This document shows, in pieces, positions 1 to 14,303 of a stretch of 64,000 nt of DNA. The number at the start of each line of letters is the position of its first letter. Within the stretch, counting starts at the first letter, position 1. Origin of the DNA: Isoptericola halotolerans (GTDB lineage Bacteria > Actinomycetota > Actinomycetes > Actinomycetales > Cellulomonadaceae); NCBI RefSeq assembly GCF_013149785.1, contig NZ_JABEZU010000003.1, forward strand, positions 186,001 through 250,000, in the 5' to 3' direction. The notes beneath the pieces were generated by a model that was not told the DNA's origin, made no database searches, and worked only from the letters and a program-made list of their open reading frames with translations. Position numbers and translations under genes: made by a program.

Positions 1-447
1 GTCCGGGTCCGCAACCTGCGGACCCGGCGCCGCGTGGTCGGGCCGGACGGGCGGCGACGGACGTACCTGCGGACCGACTTCGCCGACCACGTGCTCCTGG
101 ACGACCTCGTCGTGCGGTCGTGGCTCACGCTCTCCAACGGGCCGGCGACGGCGGCCCTGGCGCTGGTCGGCCGGCTCGGGAAGGGCCGCCGGCTGATCAG
201 CGGCGCTCCGCTCGTCGGCTCCGAGGAGTGGAGCCTGCAGGCGACCGTGCGGCGCACAGCACAACGGCTCGCGGCCACCGGGTCCGGTCAGTCCCGTGCC
301 ACCGGTCTGCTCACCGCCCTGGCCGCCGAACGTGTGGTGTCCGCCGCGCCGGGGCGATGCGTCACGATGGCTGACGTCGTCGCGGTCGACGACGCGCTCG
401 GGGTGCTCGAACCGCCCCTCAGTCGTGTCCGGCCGGCAGGACGTTGA
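1..447 (+). CDS. Partial (5'-truncated) hypothetical protein, possibly saccharopine dehydrogenase-like C-terminus
   Basis: Frame is open from base 1 to the TGA at 445-447 with typical high-GC codon usage; family guess is weak. Confidence 0.45.
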   Translation, partial: VRVRNLRTRRRVVGPDGRRRTYLRTDFADHVLLDDLVVRSWLTLSNGPATAALALVGRLGKGRRLISGAPLVGSEEWSLQATVRRTAQRLAATGSGQSRATGLLTALAAERVVSAAPGRCVTMADVVAVDDALGVLEPPLSRVRPAGR

Positions 448-1807
448 GGTTGCTGCGGAAGAGGTTCGTCGGGTCGTAGGTCGCCTTGGCCTCGGCCAGC
501 CGCCGACCGGTGTCCCCCGGGTAGGCCTGCGCGAGCAGGGTGGGGTCACCGTCCATGACGAAGTTGGCGTAGGCCCCGTGCCGGCCCCGGCGCACGCGGT
601 CGGCGACGTCCGCCACCCAGTCGACGTGCTCGGCGACCGCCTCCGCCGTCGGTTCGGCCGCGGCGACGACGCCGGTGATCGGCGCGTCGCGGTGGGCGTA
701 GGCGGTGGCTCCGGTCGGGACGTCGGCGACGGCACCGCCGAGGACACGCAGCTGCACCACCCGCATCATGGCGGTGCTCGACCCCAGGGCGTCCAGGATG
801 TCGGCTGCGGCGGCCTCGTCGACGTCGTCGGCGTAGAACGACCTGTTGTGCATCGCCATCGGGGGGCCGTCGGGGCCTTCGAGGAGCCCGATGTACGGAC
901 CGGGGGCGACCAGGTCGGCGATGATGCCTCCGGCCTGCTCGCCGAGCGCGCGCAGCGGTGCGAGCGCGGCGTCGGCGTCGTCGACGCCGCCGGACCAACA
1001 GAGGTTGACCATGACGACGAGGCGACCGTGTGCCTCCTCGGGGAGGAACGGCACCGGCGGGGCCACCATGACCATGACGATGGCCGTGAGCTCGCGAGGG
1101 GCCTGGCGAAGCGTCGCGACCACACCCGCGACGGTGGTCGGTGTCGCCGGCAGGATGAGCGGGCCACCGACGACCGTCCCGATCTCGTGGGTGTCGAACG
1201 TCAGCTCCGTGACGACACCAAAGTTTCCCCCGCCCCCGCGCAACGCCCAGAACAGGTCGGGGTGCTCCTGAGCGGAGGCGGTCCGCACCTGTCCGTCGGC
1301 AGTGACGACCCGGGCCGAGTGCAACGAGTCGATCGTCATGCCGAGCCGGCGGGACAGGAACCCGACCCCGCCCCCGAGGGTGATCCCCGCGACGCCCACC
1401 GTGCCGGCGTCGCCGAAGGGCGTGATGAGGCCGTGCTGCGTCGTCGCGGCGGTGTAGGCGCCGGCTGTGACGCCGCCCCCGGCGGTCGCCCTCCGGGCGG
1501 CGCGATCGACCTGGACGTCATCGAGCCCGCGGACGTCGAGCACGAGCGCCCCGGGCCGCCGGCCGCGGCCGAGGGCAGAGTGGCCCCCGGAGCGGACCGC
1601 GAGCTCGAGCCCGTGGTCGGCAGCGAAGCGGACCGCGCGGGCCACCCCGGCGGCGTCGGTGGGACGGACGACGGCGTCCGGTACGGCGTCGACGCCGCCG
1701 GGCCGGATCTGGTGCGCAGCGACGAATCCCTCGTCCAGCGGTGTCAGGACGAGGGAGGTGCCGTGGAGGGCGGCACGCAGGGCGGACGGCGACAGGGTGC
1801 TGGTCAT
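419..1807 (-). CDS. FAD-binding oxidoreductase (VAO/berberine-bridge family)
   Basis: RSGGH flavinylation motif, LFWALRGGGGNFGVVT, C-terminal BBE motif KATYDPTNLFRSN; ATG preceded by GGAGG. Confidence 0.9.
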   Translation of the reverse strand: MTSTLSPSALRAALHGTSLVLTPLDEGFVAAHQIRPGGVDAVPDAVVRPTDAAGVARAVRFAADHGLELAVRSGGHSALGRGRRPGALVLDVRGLDDVQVDRAARRATAGGGVTAGAYTAATTQHGLITPFGDAGTVGVAGITLGGGVGFLSRRLGMTIDSLHSARVVTADGQVRTASAQEHPDLFWALRGGGGNFGVVTELTFDTHEIGTVVGGPLILPATPTTVAGVVATLRQAPRELTAIVMVMVAPPVPFLPEEAHGRLVVMVNLCWSGGVDDADAALAPLRALGEQAGGIIADLVAPGPYIGLLEGPDGPPMAMHNRSFYADDVDEAAAADILDALGSSTAMMRVVQLRVLGGAVADVPTGATAYAHRDAPITGVVAAAEPTAEAVAEHVDWVADVADRVRRGRHGAYANFVMDGDPTLLAQAYPGDTGRRLAEAKATYDPTNLFRSNLNVLPAGHD

Positions 1808-1856
1808 CGGGGCCTCCGTGGGCAGAGCGGTGGGGTGCGGGACGTGCGCGACCACC

Positions 1857-1887
1857 AGCATCGGACTTCGAGCAGGGTTGAGGTCAA
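1857..1887 (-). promoter_or_regulatory. MerR/SoxR-type promoter with 19-bp spacer
   Basis: Minus strand TTGACC-(19 nt: TCAACCCTGCTCGAAGTCC)-GATGCT, containing the imperfect palindrome CCTCAA-N6-TCGAAG, similar to the SoxR box CCTCAA-N6-TTGAGG. Confidence 0.65.
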
Positions 1888-1949
1888 GGGATTGCCTCCG
1901 GGTGTGTCCGCCGGTCGGACGCCGCAGAGGGGTGGGTACGCTCACGGCC

Positions 1950-2411
1950 ATGACAGTCGACGACGCCGCACGTGTGCTGATCCTCAACGGTCCCAACCTC
2001 GGGCGCCTCGGCGTCCGGGAGCCGGAGATCTACGGCCACGCCTCCATGGCCGACCTCGAGCGGGAGGGCGTTCGCTGGGGGAACGACCTGGGCCTCGCCG
2101 TCCAGGTGCGCCAGACCGACGACGAGTCGACCCTCGTCGGCTGGCTGCACGAGGCGGTCGACACCCGCTCGCACGTGGTGCTCAACCCTGCAGCCTTCAC
2201 CCACTACAGCTACGCGCTGCGCGACGCCGCCGCCCAGGTGGTGACCTCGCAGCTCCTGCTGGTGGAGGTGCACCTGTCGAACCCGGCGGCGCGCGAGGCG
2301 TTCCGGCACTACTCCGTCGTCGCCGGCATCGCCACGGGTACCGTCGCGGGGTTCGGCTTCGATTCCTACCGACTCGCCCTGGAGGCGATCTCGAACAAGC
2401 TCCTGGGCTAG
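1950..2411 (+). CDS. aroQ: Type II 3-dehydroquinate dehydratase
   Basis: ILNGPNLGRLGVREPEIYG, NPAAFTHYS, EVHLSN...REAFRH. Confidence 0.95.
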   Translation: MTVDDAARVLILNGPNLGRLGVREPEIYGHASMADLEREGVRWGNDLGLAVQVRQTDDESTLVGWLHEAVDTRSHVVLNPAAFTHYSYALRDAAAQVVTSQLLLVEVHLSNPAAREAFRHYSVVAGIATGTVAGFGFDSYRLALEAISNKLLG

Positions 2412-2421
2412 ATGGCGCACG

Positions 2422-2469
2422 ATCAATGCCTGGGCCTTGTCCAATTGTCATCAATACTCTAGGCTTGAT
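2422..2469 (+). promoter_or_regulatory. Leaderless promoter with two tandem ATCAA-N10-TTGAT-type operators
   Basis: TTGTCC (2437-2442)-17 nt-TAGGCT (2460-2465), 6 nt before the ATG; palindromes at 2422-2441 (imperfect) and 2450-2469 (perfect). Confidence 0.6.
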
Positions 2470-2471
2470 CC

Positions 2472-3167
2472 ATGATCGTCTTGACGATTGACCAGAAGTC
2501 GAGCACGACGCGCGGGGATCTCGTGCCCGCGCTGCTCGGGCGCCTCCAGGCCCGGGGCGCGACAGGCGACGCGGCGCGGGGACTCGTGCGCCCCTTCGAA
2601 CGCACCGTCGGCGACGAGGTCCAGGGCGTCCTGGCGGCCGACGACGACGGTGCACGCCTGGCGGTCCAGCTGATCGGCGACGTCCTGCGCGACGGCGGAT
2701 GGTCGGTCGGGGTGGGAGTCGGCGGCGTGGACGAACCGTTGCCCGCCACCTCACGCGCCGCGGCCGGGCCCGCGTTCGTCAGGGCGCGGGCGGCCGTCGA
2801 GGAGGCGAAGGGCCGAGGCAGCGCGGTGCCCCTCGCCGTCGTCGGCCCACCGGATGAGCCGGCGGCGACGATCGCCGGCGACGCCCAGGCACTGCTCCGG
2901 CTCCTGGGCGCACTCGCGGCGCGGCGTTCCGCCGCGGGATGGGAGGCGATCGATACCCTCGGCGAGCACGGTGGGGTCGACGCCCCGCAACGCGCGACCG
3001 CGGCACGTCTCGCGATCAGCGAGCAGGCCGTGAGCCAACGTCTGCGGACGGCGCTGTGGGCGGAGGAGGTGGCAGCCCGGCCGCTCGCCGCACGCCTGCT
3101 GCGGGCCGCGGACGCGGCCGCGACGGCCGACGACGGCCGGGCCGGCGAGAACGACGACGAGGAGTGA
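2472..3167 (+). CDS. SatD-family protein with C-terminal HTH
   Basis: TIDQKSS...FERTVGDEVQG, GVGVG, GPAFVRAR, and HTH QRATAARLAISEQAVSQRL. Confidence 0.75.
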   Translation: MIVLTIDQKSSTTRGDLVPALLGRLQARGATGDAARGLVRPFERTVGDEVQGVLAADDDGARLAVQLIGDVLRDGGWSVGVGVGGVDEPLPATSRAAAGPAFVRARAAVEEAKGRGSAVPLAVVGPPDEPAATIAGDAQALLRLLGALAARRSAAGWEAIDTLGEHGGVDAPQRATAARLAISEQAVSQRLRTALWAEEVAARPLAARLLRAADAAATADDGRAGENDDEE

Positions 3168-3171
3168 GACC

Positions 3172-3543
3172 GTGGCGGATGTCCTGGCGGTGACCGGTGT
3201 GTCGGTGGCGGCGCTCGCCCTGAGCGTCGGTCTCGGCGCATGGTTGATACCGCTCCTGCTGCGCCACGCCGAGTCCGGCCCCGGCGCCCGGGCGGAGGCG
3301 CTGGCGGTGCTCGGCAACGGCACCTGGATCGGTCTGCTCGAACGGCTGGCCATCACCGGGACGATCCTCGTCGGCCACCCCGAGGGGGTCGCGGTGGTCG
3401 TGGCGGTCAAGGCGCTCGGCCGGCTGCCCGAGCTGCGGGAGCACCCGGTCGCCGGGGAACGGTTCGTCGTCGGGACCCTCGCCTCGCTGGTGTGGGCCGC
3501 CGCCGCCGGCCTGGCGGGGCACGCCGTCCTCGACGCGCTGTAG
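3172..3543 (+). CDS. Small membrane protein, SatE/DUF3307 C-terminal-like
   Basis: GTWIGLLER...AVKALGR...ERFVVGTLAS, hydrophobic helices, 4 nt after the satD-like gene. Confidence 0.7.
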   Translation: MADVLAVTGVSVAALALSVGLGAWLIPLLLRHAESGPGARAEALAVLGNGTWIGLLERLAITGTILVGHPEGVAVVVAVKALGRLPELREHPVAGERFVVGTLASLVWAAAAGLAGHAVLDAL

Positions 3544-3628
3544 TATGTTCCGGGCCCTCTGTGGGCGCCGAACGCTTCCCGACAGGCCCCGTGCCTGACC
3601 CCGAGACCCGCCGAGGACGAACAAGAAC

Positions 3629-4192
3629 GTGGCTACCTCCAACGACATCAAGAACGGCACCGTGCTGCGCATCGACGGGCAGCTGTGGTCGATCCTCGAG
3701 TTCCAGCACGTCAAGCCGGGCAAGGGTGGCGCGTTCGTCCGGACGAAGATGAAGAACGTGCTCTCGGGCAAGGTCGTCGACAAGACCTTCAACGCGGGTA
3801 CCAAGGTGGAGACGGCCAACGTCGACCGCCGCGACTTCCAGTACCTGTACATGGACGGCGCCGACTACGTCTTCATGGACACCGACACCTATGACCAGAT
3901 CATGGTGCCGGCCGCCACCGTGGGGGACGCCAAGGACTACATGCTCGAGGGCATGAGCATCATGATCGCCTCCAACGACGGTCAGCCGCTGTACGTCGAG
4001 CTGCCGTCGTCGGTCGTGCTCGAGATCACCTACACCGAGCCCGGTCTGCAGGGCGACCGCTCCACCGGTGGCACCAAGCCTGCGACGCTCGAGACCGGCG
4101 CCGAGATCCAGGTGCCGCTGTTCCTCGAGCAGGGCACGAAGGTCAAGGTCGACACCCGCGACGGGTCGTACCTCGGCCGAGTGACCGACTGA
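3629..4192 (+). CDS. efp: Elongation factor P
   Basis: [36 protein letters not shown]. Confidence 0.98.
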   Translation: MATSNDIKNGTVLRIDGQLWSILEFQHVKPGKGGAFVRTKMKNVLSGKVVDKTFNAGTKVETANVDRRDFQYLYMDGADYVFMDTDTYDQIMVPAATVGDAKDYMLEGMSIMIASNDGQPLYVELPSSVVLEITYTEPGLQGDRSTGGTKPATLETGAEIQVPLFLEQGTKVKVDTRDGSYLGRVTD

Positions 4193-4193
4193 C

Positions 4194-4610
4194 GTGGGCT
4201 CTCGGACCAAGGCGCGCAAGCGCGCGGCCGACATCCTCTTCGAGTCGGAGGCCCGCGGCGTCGACCCCCTCGTGCTGCTGCAGGACCGCGTCATCGAGCC
4301 GCACGCCGAGGCCTCCGTGCCGCAGTACACGGTGGAGCTGGTCGAGGGTGTGGTGGCGCACCGCGAGCGGATCGACGAGCTGCTGGAGACCTACTCGCGC
4401 GGCTGGACGATCGCCCGGATGCCGGCGGTCGACCGCGCGCTGCTGCGCGTGGGGACGTTCGAGCTGATCTTCAACGACGACGTGCCCGACGTCGTGGCCG
4501 TGGACGAGGCGGTGGACCTCGCCCGCGAGTTCTCCACCGACGACTCGCCGGCCTTCGTCAACGGGCTCCTCGGCCGGTTGCTCGAGATCAAGCCGACGCT
4601 GCTGGCCTGA
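4194..4610 (+). CDS. nusB: Transcription antitermination factor NusB
   Basis: RTKARKRA, RMPAVDRALLR, FVNGLL; follows efp. Confidence 0.96.
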   Translation: MGSRTKARKRAADILFESEARGVDPLVLLQDRVIEPHAEASVPQYTVELVEGVVAHRERIDELLETYSRGWTIARMPAVDRALLRVGTFELIFNDDVPDVVAVDEAVDLAREFSTDDSPAFVNGLLGRLLEIKPTLLA

Positions 4611-4635
4611 CGCGCCGAGCGCTCGCCCGAGGTGT

Positions 4636-4674
4636 GACGCAGCCGACGACCACATGGTGGTCGTCGGCTGCGTC
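4636..4674 (+). terminator. Perfect long hairpin after nusB (probable intrinsic terminator)
   Basis: GACGCAGCCGACGACCAC-ATG-GTGGTCGTCGGCTGCGTC, 18-bp perfect inverted repeat. Confidence 0.7.
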
Positions 4675-4711
4675 GTCTCCGCCGTACCGGGTTACGCTGA
4701 CGCCGACCGAC

Positions 4712-4746
4712 CCCCTTTAATCCCGTCCAGTGAGGCGGAGAAGGAG
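4712..4746 (+). promoter_or_regulatory. PyrR-binding RNA element overlapping the pyrR Shine-Dalgarno
   Basis: CCCCTTTAATCCCGTCCAGTGAGGCGGAGAAGGAG matches the PyrR loop consensus (UCCNGNGAGGY) directly ahead of the TTG start. Confidence 0.88.
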
Positions 4747-4751
4747 TCCCG

Positions 4752-5354
4752 TTGAGCCCTGGTCCCGCCCTGCCCGAAGACGACCCGGACGGCACGACCG
4801 TCCTGTCCGCGAGCGACGTCGCCCGCGCACTGACCCGCATCGCCCACGAGATCGTCGAGCGCGCCCGCGGGGTCGACGACCTCGTCCTCCTCGGCATCCC
4901 GACGCGCGGGGTGACCCTCGCCCACCGACTGGCCGCACGGCTTGCCCAGATCGACCCGGCGTTCGACGCCGAGGCCTGCGTGGGCGAGCTGGACGTCACC
5001 ATGTACCGCGACGACCTGCGCCGGCAGCCGACCCGCGCCGTGGGCGTCACCCGTCTGCCGGCCGTCGGCATCGAGAACCGGACCGTCGTGCTCGTCGACG
5101 ACGTGCTGTTCTCGGGACGGACGATCCGCGCCGCGCTCGACGCGCTCGGCGACATCGGACGCCCCCGTGCCGTCCGTCTCGCCTGCCTCGTCGACCGAGG
5201 CCACCGTGAGGTCCCGATCCGTCCCGACTTCGTGGGCAAGAACCTGCCGACCGCCCAGAGCGAGCGCGTGCGCGTGCGCCTGGAGGAGGTCGACGGCGTC
5301 GCCGACTCCGTCGAGATCGCCGGTCGTGCCGAGGGCGACGGGAGCGCGCGATGA
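4752..5354 (+). CDS. pyrR: Pyrimidine operon regulator / uracil phosphoribosyltransferase
   Basis: [54 protein letters not shown]. Confidence 0.97.
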   Translation: MSPGPALPEDDPDGTTVLSASDVARALTRIAHEIVERARGVDDLVLLGIPTRGVTLAHRLAARLAQIDPAFDAEACVGELDVTMYRDDLRRQPTRAVGVTRLPAVGIENRTVVLVDDVLFSGRTIRAALDALGDIGRPRAVRLACLVDRGHREVPIRPDFVGKNLPTAQSERVRVRLEEVDGVADSVEIAGRAEGDGSAR

Positions 5355-6352
5355 AGCACCTGCTGTCGACCGCGGACCTCTCCCGCGACGAGGCCGTCGG
5401 GCTGCTCGACACCGCGGCACGGATGGCCGCCACGCAGTCCCGCGAGATCAAGAAGCTGCCCACGCTGCGCGGCCGTACGGTGGTCAACCTCTTCTTCGAG
5501 GACTCGACCCGGACGCGCATCTCGTTCGAGACGGCGGCCAAGCGTCTCAGCGCGGACGTCATCAACTTCTCCGCCAAGGGATCGAGCGTCTCCAAGGGCG
5601 AGTCGCTCAAGGACACCGCCTTGACCCTGCACGCGATGGGCGCCGACGCGGTCGTGGTCCGGCACTGGGCCTCCGGGGCGCCGTACCAGCTCGCGCACGC
5701 CGGGTGGCTCGACGCCGCCGTCCTCAACGCCGGCGACGGGACGCACATGCACCCGACCCAGGCGCTGCTCGACGCGTACACGATGCGCCGGCACCTCGCC
5801 GGGCGGGCGCAGGGACTGCGGTCGCCCCACGACGACGGCGTCGGCGCCGACCTCACCGGCCTGCGGGTGGCGATCGTGGGCGACGTGCTGCACTCGCGGG
5901 TCGCGCGCGCCAACGTGGCCCTGCTGCACACCCTCGGCGCCGAGGTGACGCTCGTCGCGCCCCCGACGCTCGTGCCCGTCGGGGTCGAGGCGTGGCCCTG
6001 CCGCACGTCGTACGACCTCGACGCCACGCTGGTCGACTGGCAGCCGGACGCCGTGATGATGCTGCGGGTGCAGCGCGAACGCATGTCCGGCGGGGCGGGG
6101 GCGTTCTTCCCCAGCCCGCTGGAGTACGCCCGCTACTACGGCCTGGACGCCAGGCGGCTCGCGACGCTGCCCGAGCACGCGATCGTCATGCACCCCGGAC
6201 CGATGAACCGCGGTCTGGAGATCTCGGCCGAGGCGGCGGACTCCGACCGCGCCGTGATCGTCGAGCAGGTCGCCAACGGCATCGCCGTGCGCATGGCGGC
6301 CCTCTATCTGCTGATGGCCGGGGACCGCTCGGCGGAAGGGAACGACCTGTGA
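5351..6352 (+). CDS. pyrB: Aspartate carbamoyltransferase catalytic subunit
   Basis: [25 protein letters not shown]. Confidence 0.98.
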   Translation: MKHLLSTADLSRDEAVGLLDTAARMAATQSREIKKLPTLRGRTVVNLFFEDSTRTRISFETAAKRLSADVINFSAKGSSVSKGESLKDTALTLHAMGADAVVVRHWASGAPYQLAHAGWLDAAVLNAGDGTHMHPTQALLDAYTMRRHLAGRAQGLRSPHDDGVGADLTGLRVAIVGDVLHSRVARANVALLHTLGAEVTLVAPPTLVPVGVEAWPCRTSYDLDATLVDWQPDAVMMLRVQRERMSGGAGAFFPSPLEYARYYGLDARRLATLPEHAIVMHPGPMNRGLEISAEAADSDRAVIVEQVANGIAVRMAALYLLMAGDRSAEGNDL

Positions 6353-7695
6353 CCGAACTGACCGCTGGACCGACCACCTACGTGCTGCGAGGGGTGCGCC
6401 CCCTCGGCGGCGACGCCGTCGACGTGGTGCTCGACGCCGGGACCGTCGCGGAGATCACCGCCGTCGGGGCCGCCTCGGCCGACGGCGCCACGGTGATCGA
6501 GGCCGCCGACCACGTCCTGCTGCCAGGGCTCGTCGACCTGCACACCCACCTGCGCGAACCGGGCCGCGAGGACGCCGAGACCGTGGCGTCGGGCACCCGG
6601 GCCGCCGCGGTCGGCGGCTTCACCGCCGTCCACGCCATGGCCAACACCTCGCCGGTCGCCGACACCGCCGGCGTCGTGGAGCAGGTGCACCGCCTCGGCG
6701 AGCAGGCCGGTTGGGCCGACGTCTTCCCGGTGGGCGCCGTGACCGTCGGCCTGGACGGGGAACGTCTGGCCGAGCTGGGCGCGATGGCGGACTCCGCCGC
6801 GCGCGTGCGAGTCTTCTCCGACGACGGCAAGTGCGTGCACGACCCGGTCCTCATGCGGCGTGCGCTGGAGTACGTCAAGGCGTTCGACGGCGTGGTGGCG
6901 CAGCACGCGCAGGAGCCGCGCCTGACCGACGGTGCGCAGATGAACGAGGGCGTCGTCTCGGCCCAGGTCGGCCTGGCCGGCTGGCCCGCCGTGGCCGAGG
7001 AGGCGATCATCGCCCGCGACGTGCTGCTCGCCGAGCACGTCGGCTCGCGCCTGCACGTGTGCCACCTGTCCACCGCGGGTTCGGTCGAGATCATCCGCTG
7101 GGCGAAGTCGCGCGGCATCGACGTCACCGCCGAGGTCACCCCGCACCACCTGATCCTCACCGACGAGCTGGCCCGCACCTACGACGCCACCTACAAGGTC
7201 AACCCGCCGCTGCGCACCGCCGCCGACGTCGAGGCGGTGCGCGACGGGCTGGCCGACGGCACCATCGACATCGTCGCCACCGACCACGCGCCGCACACCC
7301 GCGAGGACAAGGACTGCGAGTGGGGAGCGGCAGCCTTCGGCATGACCGGGCTGGAGACGGCCCTGAGCGTCGTCCAGCAGACCATGGTCGACACCGGCCG
7401 GCTGACCTGGGCCGACGTCGCCCGCGTGCTGTCCACGACCCCCGCACGCATCGGCCGCGTCGAGGCGGTCCAGGGACGACCGATCGCCGTCGGCGAGCCC
7501 GCCAACCTCACCCTGGTCGACCCCTCCGCACGACGTGTCGTCGACGGTACCTCCCAGGCCACCGCCAGCGCGAACACCCCGTTCCGGGACCACGAGCTGC
7601 CGGGCCAGGTCGTGGCCACGTTCCTGCGCGGACGCGCGACCGTGCTCGACGGCGTCCCGGTACCCGTGCACCCCGGCGTGGGAGGTGCGCGATGA
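6349..7695 (+). CDS. pyrC: Dihydroorotase
   Basis: [31 protein letters not shown] overlaps the pyrB stop. Confidence 0.97.
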   Translation: MTELTAGPTTYVLRGVRPLGGDAVDVVLDAGTVAEITAVGAASADGATVIEAADHVLLPGLVDLHTHLREPGREDAETVASGTRAAAVGGFTAVHAMANTSPVADTAGVVEQVHRLGEQAGWADVFPVGAVTVGLDGERLAELGAMADSAARVRVFSDDGKCVHDPVLMRRALEYVKAFDGVVAQHAQEPRLTDGAQMNEGVVSAQVGLAGWPAVAEEAIIARDVLLAEHVGSRLHVCHLSTAGSVEIIRWAKSRGIDVTAEVTPHHLILTDELARTYDATYKVNPPLRTAADVEAVRDGLADGTIDIVATDHAPHTREDKDCEWGAAAFGMTGLETALSVVQQTMVDTGRLTWADVARVLSTTPARIGRVEAVQGRPIAVGEPANLTLVDPSARRVVDGTSQATASANTPFRDHELPGQVVATFLRGRATVLDGVPVPVHPGVGGAR

Positions 7696-8246
7696 ACCTG
7701 CCGATGCCCGTCGCCGTCGGGATCTGGGTCGTGATCGGCGTGCTGCTGCTCCTGCTCGTGCTCACCGGGCGCCGACGCATCGCAGCCCGCACCAGCCACC
7801 TCGTGCCGTCGCCCCCGGCCCCGCCCGCGGAGGAAGGCTCGCTCGGAGCGCTGCGCCTCGGGCCGATCGAGGCGACGTACGTCTCCAGCACGCTGTCCGG
7901 CGACTGGCTGGCCCGGGTGGGCGCTCACGAGCTCGGGGACCGCAGCGCCGCGCAGGTGACCGTGCTCGACGGCGGCGTCGTCGTCGACCGGGAGGGCAGC
8001 GCACCGCTGCTCGTGCCCACCGCCTCCCTGCACGACGTCGGTACCGCGGCGGGCATGGCGGGCAAGTACGTCGGCCGGGACGGCCTGGTGGTGCTCACCT
8101 GGCAGGTGCCCGCCGACGGCGAGACCGACGCGGCCCTGCTCGACACCGGCCTGCGCACCCGCTACAGGGCCGACAAGCCGCGCCTCGTCGAGGCCGTGCG
8201 CTCCCTCCTCGACCCGTCCACCCCGAGCCCGAAGGACACGAAGTGA
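7692..8246 (+). CDS. Conserved membrane-anchored PH-like protein of actinobacterial pyr operons (Rv1382-like)
   Basis: N-terminal TM, YVSST..GDWLARV, LDTGLR; sits between pyrC and carA. Confidence 0.8.
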   Translation: MNLPMPVAVGIWVVIGVLLLLLVLTGRRRIAARTSHLVPSPPAPPAEEGSLGALRLGPIEATYVSSTLSGDWLARVGAHELGDRSAAQVTVLDGGVVVDREGSAPLLVPTASLHDVGTAAGMAGKYVGRDGLVVLTWQVPADGETDAALLDTGLRTRYRADKPRLVEAVRSLLDPSTPSPKDTK

Positions 8247-9525
8247 CCTCCAGCACCAGCACCGACCCGGCGGTCCTCGTCCTCGAGGACGGCACCGTCG
8301 CGCGCGGCGTCGCCTACGGCGCCCGCGGCACCACCCTCGGCGAGATCGTCTTCTCCACCGGGATGACCGGCTACCAGGAGACGCTCACCGATCCCTCGTA
8401 CCACCGCCAGATCGTCGTCATGACCGCCCCGCACGTGGGTAACACGGGCGTGAACGACGACGACCCGGAGTCCCGCAAGATCTGGGTCGCCGGCTACGTC
8501 CTGCGCGACCCGGCGCGCCGCGCCTCGAGCTGGCGTTCCCGGGGCGACCTGGCCGACGAGCTCGCCGAGCAGGGCGTCGTCGGGATCGCCGAGGTCGACA
8601 CCCGCTTCCTCACGCGGCACCTGCGTGAGCTCGGCGTCATGCGGGCCGGCATCTTCTCCGGCGACGACCTGGTGCGCGACGGCGTCGAGCGCGGCGTCGA
8701 CGACCTCGTCCAGGAGGTGCGCGGAGCCCCCCTGATGGCCGGCGCGGACCTCGCCCGCGAGGTCACCACCGCCGAGGCCTACACCGTCGAGCCGCGCGGC
8801 CTCGAGGACGGCGCCGACCCCGTCGCGACCGTCGTCGCGGTCGACCTGGGCATCAAGTCGATGACGCCGGTGCGCCTGGCCGAGCGGGGCGTGCGCGTGC
8901 ACGTGGTGCCCCAGTCGACCACCTTCGCCGAGGTCGAGGCGCTGCTGCCCGCGGGCGCTCCGGGCGGGGTGTTCTTCTCCAACGGTCCCGGCGACCCCTC
9001 GGCCGCGACCGCCGAGATCGACCTGCTCCGCCAGGTGCTGGACCGACGGATCCCGTTCTTCGGCATCTGCTTCGGCAACCAGCTGTTCGGCCGGGCGCTC
9101 GGCTACGGCACCTACAAGCTCGGCTACGGCCACCGCGGCATCAACCAGCCGGTGAAGGACCGCACCACCGGCAAGGTCGAGGTCACCGCACAGAACCACG
9201 GGTTCGCCGTCGACGCGCCGCTGGACGCCGTGAGCACCGCCCCGCTCGACACCGTGCGTGACGACCAGGGTGTCGACGGAGCGCGGTACGGCCGCGTCAT
9301 CGTCTCCCACGTGGGGCTCAACGACCAGGTGGTCGAGGGCCTGACCGCCCTCGACCTGCCGGCCTTCTCCGTCCAGTACCACCCCGAGGCCGCTGCCGGC
9401 CCCCACGACAGCGCGTACCTGTTCGACCGCTTCGTCGACCTCATGACCACCCGCGAGCCCGTGACCGTCCCGCCCGCCGCCCTCGCGGCGCTGGCCGGCG
9501 GCACCACCGGCGAGAAGGAGAACTG

Positions 9526-9526
<1 letters not shown>
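8243..9526 (+). CDS. carA: Carbamoyl-phosphate synthase small subunit
   Basis: [39 protein letters not shown]. Confidence 0.98.
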
Positions 9527-12902
<3,376 letters not shown>

Positions 12903-12906
<4 letters not shown>

Positions 12907-13772
12907 GCGCGCCGGGGACCCGGGTCCCGTTCGGCGCGCGCCTCGCGGCCGCGATGGACGAGCACGGTCCGTTGTGCGTCGGCATCGACCCGCACGGTCC
13001 GCTGCTGCGCGACTGGGGCCTGCCGGACGACGCCGCAGGCGTCCGGGAGCTCGGCCTGCGGGTCGTGGACGCCCTCGGCGGCCGGGTGGCGGCGCTCAAG
13101 CCCCAGGTGGCCTTCTTCGAGCGGCACGGGTCGCGGGGGATCGCCGCCCTGGAGGAGGTCCTGGCCGCAGCACGCGCGGCGGGCACGCTGACCGTCGTCG
13201 ACGCCAAGCGGGGGGACATCGGGTCGACGATGTCGGCCTACGCCGACGCCTTCCTCTCCGACGGCTCGACACTTGCCGGCGACGCGGTCACCGTCTCGCC
13301 GTACCTCGGTTTCGGCTCGCTGTCACCGGCCCTCGAGCTGGCGGAGGCGACCGGGCGCGGCCTGTTCGTGCTGTGCCTGACCTCGAACCCCGAGGGCGCG
13401 GCGGTCCAGCACGCCGTCGGCTCGGACGGCCGCAGCATCGCGGCCTCCGTGGCGGCACAGGCGGCACGGCACAACGCCGGCGCGTCGCCGCTGGGGTCGG
13501 TCGGGCTCGTGGTCGGAGCGACGATCGGCGACGCGGCACGAGCCACGGGGACCGAGCTGGAGGCCGTCAACGGACCCCTGCTGGCACCGGGGGTGGGCGC
13601 CCAGGGCGCGGGCCAGCGCGAGCTGGCGGACGTGTTCGGCGGTGCGCGGGGCAACGTGCTGGCCTCGTCGTCCCGTGGTGTGCTCGCCGCAGGGCCCGAC
13701 GGGTCGGCGCTGCTCGCGGCCGCACGGCGGTCGGCCGACGAGGTGCGGTCGGCGCTGCGGGCCGGGCGCTGA
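12903..13772 (+). CDS. pyrF: Orotidine-5'-phosphate decarboxylase
   Basis: [32 protein letters not shown]. Confidence 0.97.
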
Positions 13773-13991
13773 CCTGCGCACGGGCGCGCGTCGGGGTGTC
13801 GGAAGTGTCACAGCACTTCACCCCCGGGCCGTCCGGTTCGGGCCCTTTGAGCGCCTATTTCACGCTCAATCGACTCGCCGGGTGCGGCGCGATCGGGCCA
13901 GCGATTGCCGCCGCCGCAGGTCGTGGCTACTTTCGAGGGAGCACGACGTCCAGCACGACCTCCTGTCGGATCGATTGAGTAGGTGACTTGC

Positions 13992-14303
13992 GTGGCCCTT
14001 CCTCCACTCACCCCGGAACAGCGTGCGGCGGCCCTCGAGAAGGCCGCCGAGGCACGGCGCATCCGGGCAGAGATCAAGAACCGCCTGAAGTACTCCCAGG
14101 GTTCGTTGCGGGAGGTGATCGAGCAGGGCCAAGCGGACGACGTCGTGGGCAAGCTCAAGGTCGTCTCGCTGCTCGAGTCGCTCCCGGGAGTCGGTAAGGT
14201 GAAGGCCCGGGCGATCATGGAAGAGATCGGGATCGCCGAGACCCGCCGCGTCCGTGGCCTCGGGCCGCACCAGGCGCAGGCGCTCATCGAGAGGTTTGGC
14301 TGA
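13992..14303 (+). CDS. mihF: Actinobacterial integration host factor (mIHF)
   Basis: [22 protein letters not shown]...[12 protein letters not shown]; lies between pyrF and gmk. Confidence 0.96.
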   Translation: MALPPLTPEQRAAALEKAAEARRIRAEIKNRLKYSQGSLREVIEQGQADDVVGKLKVVSLLESLPGVGKVKARAIMEEIGIAETRRVRGLGPHQAQALIERFG

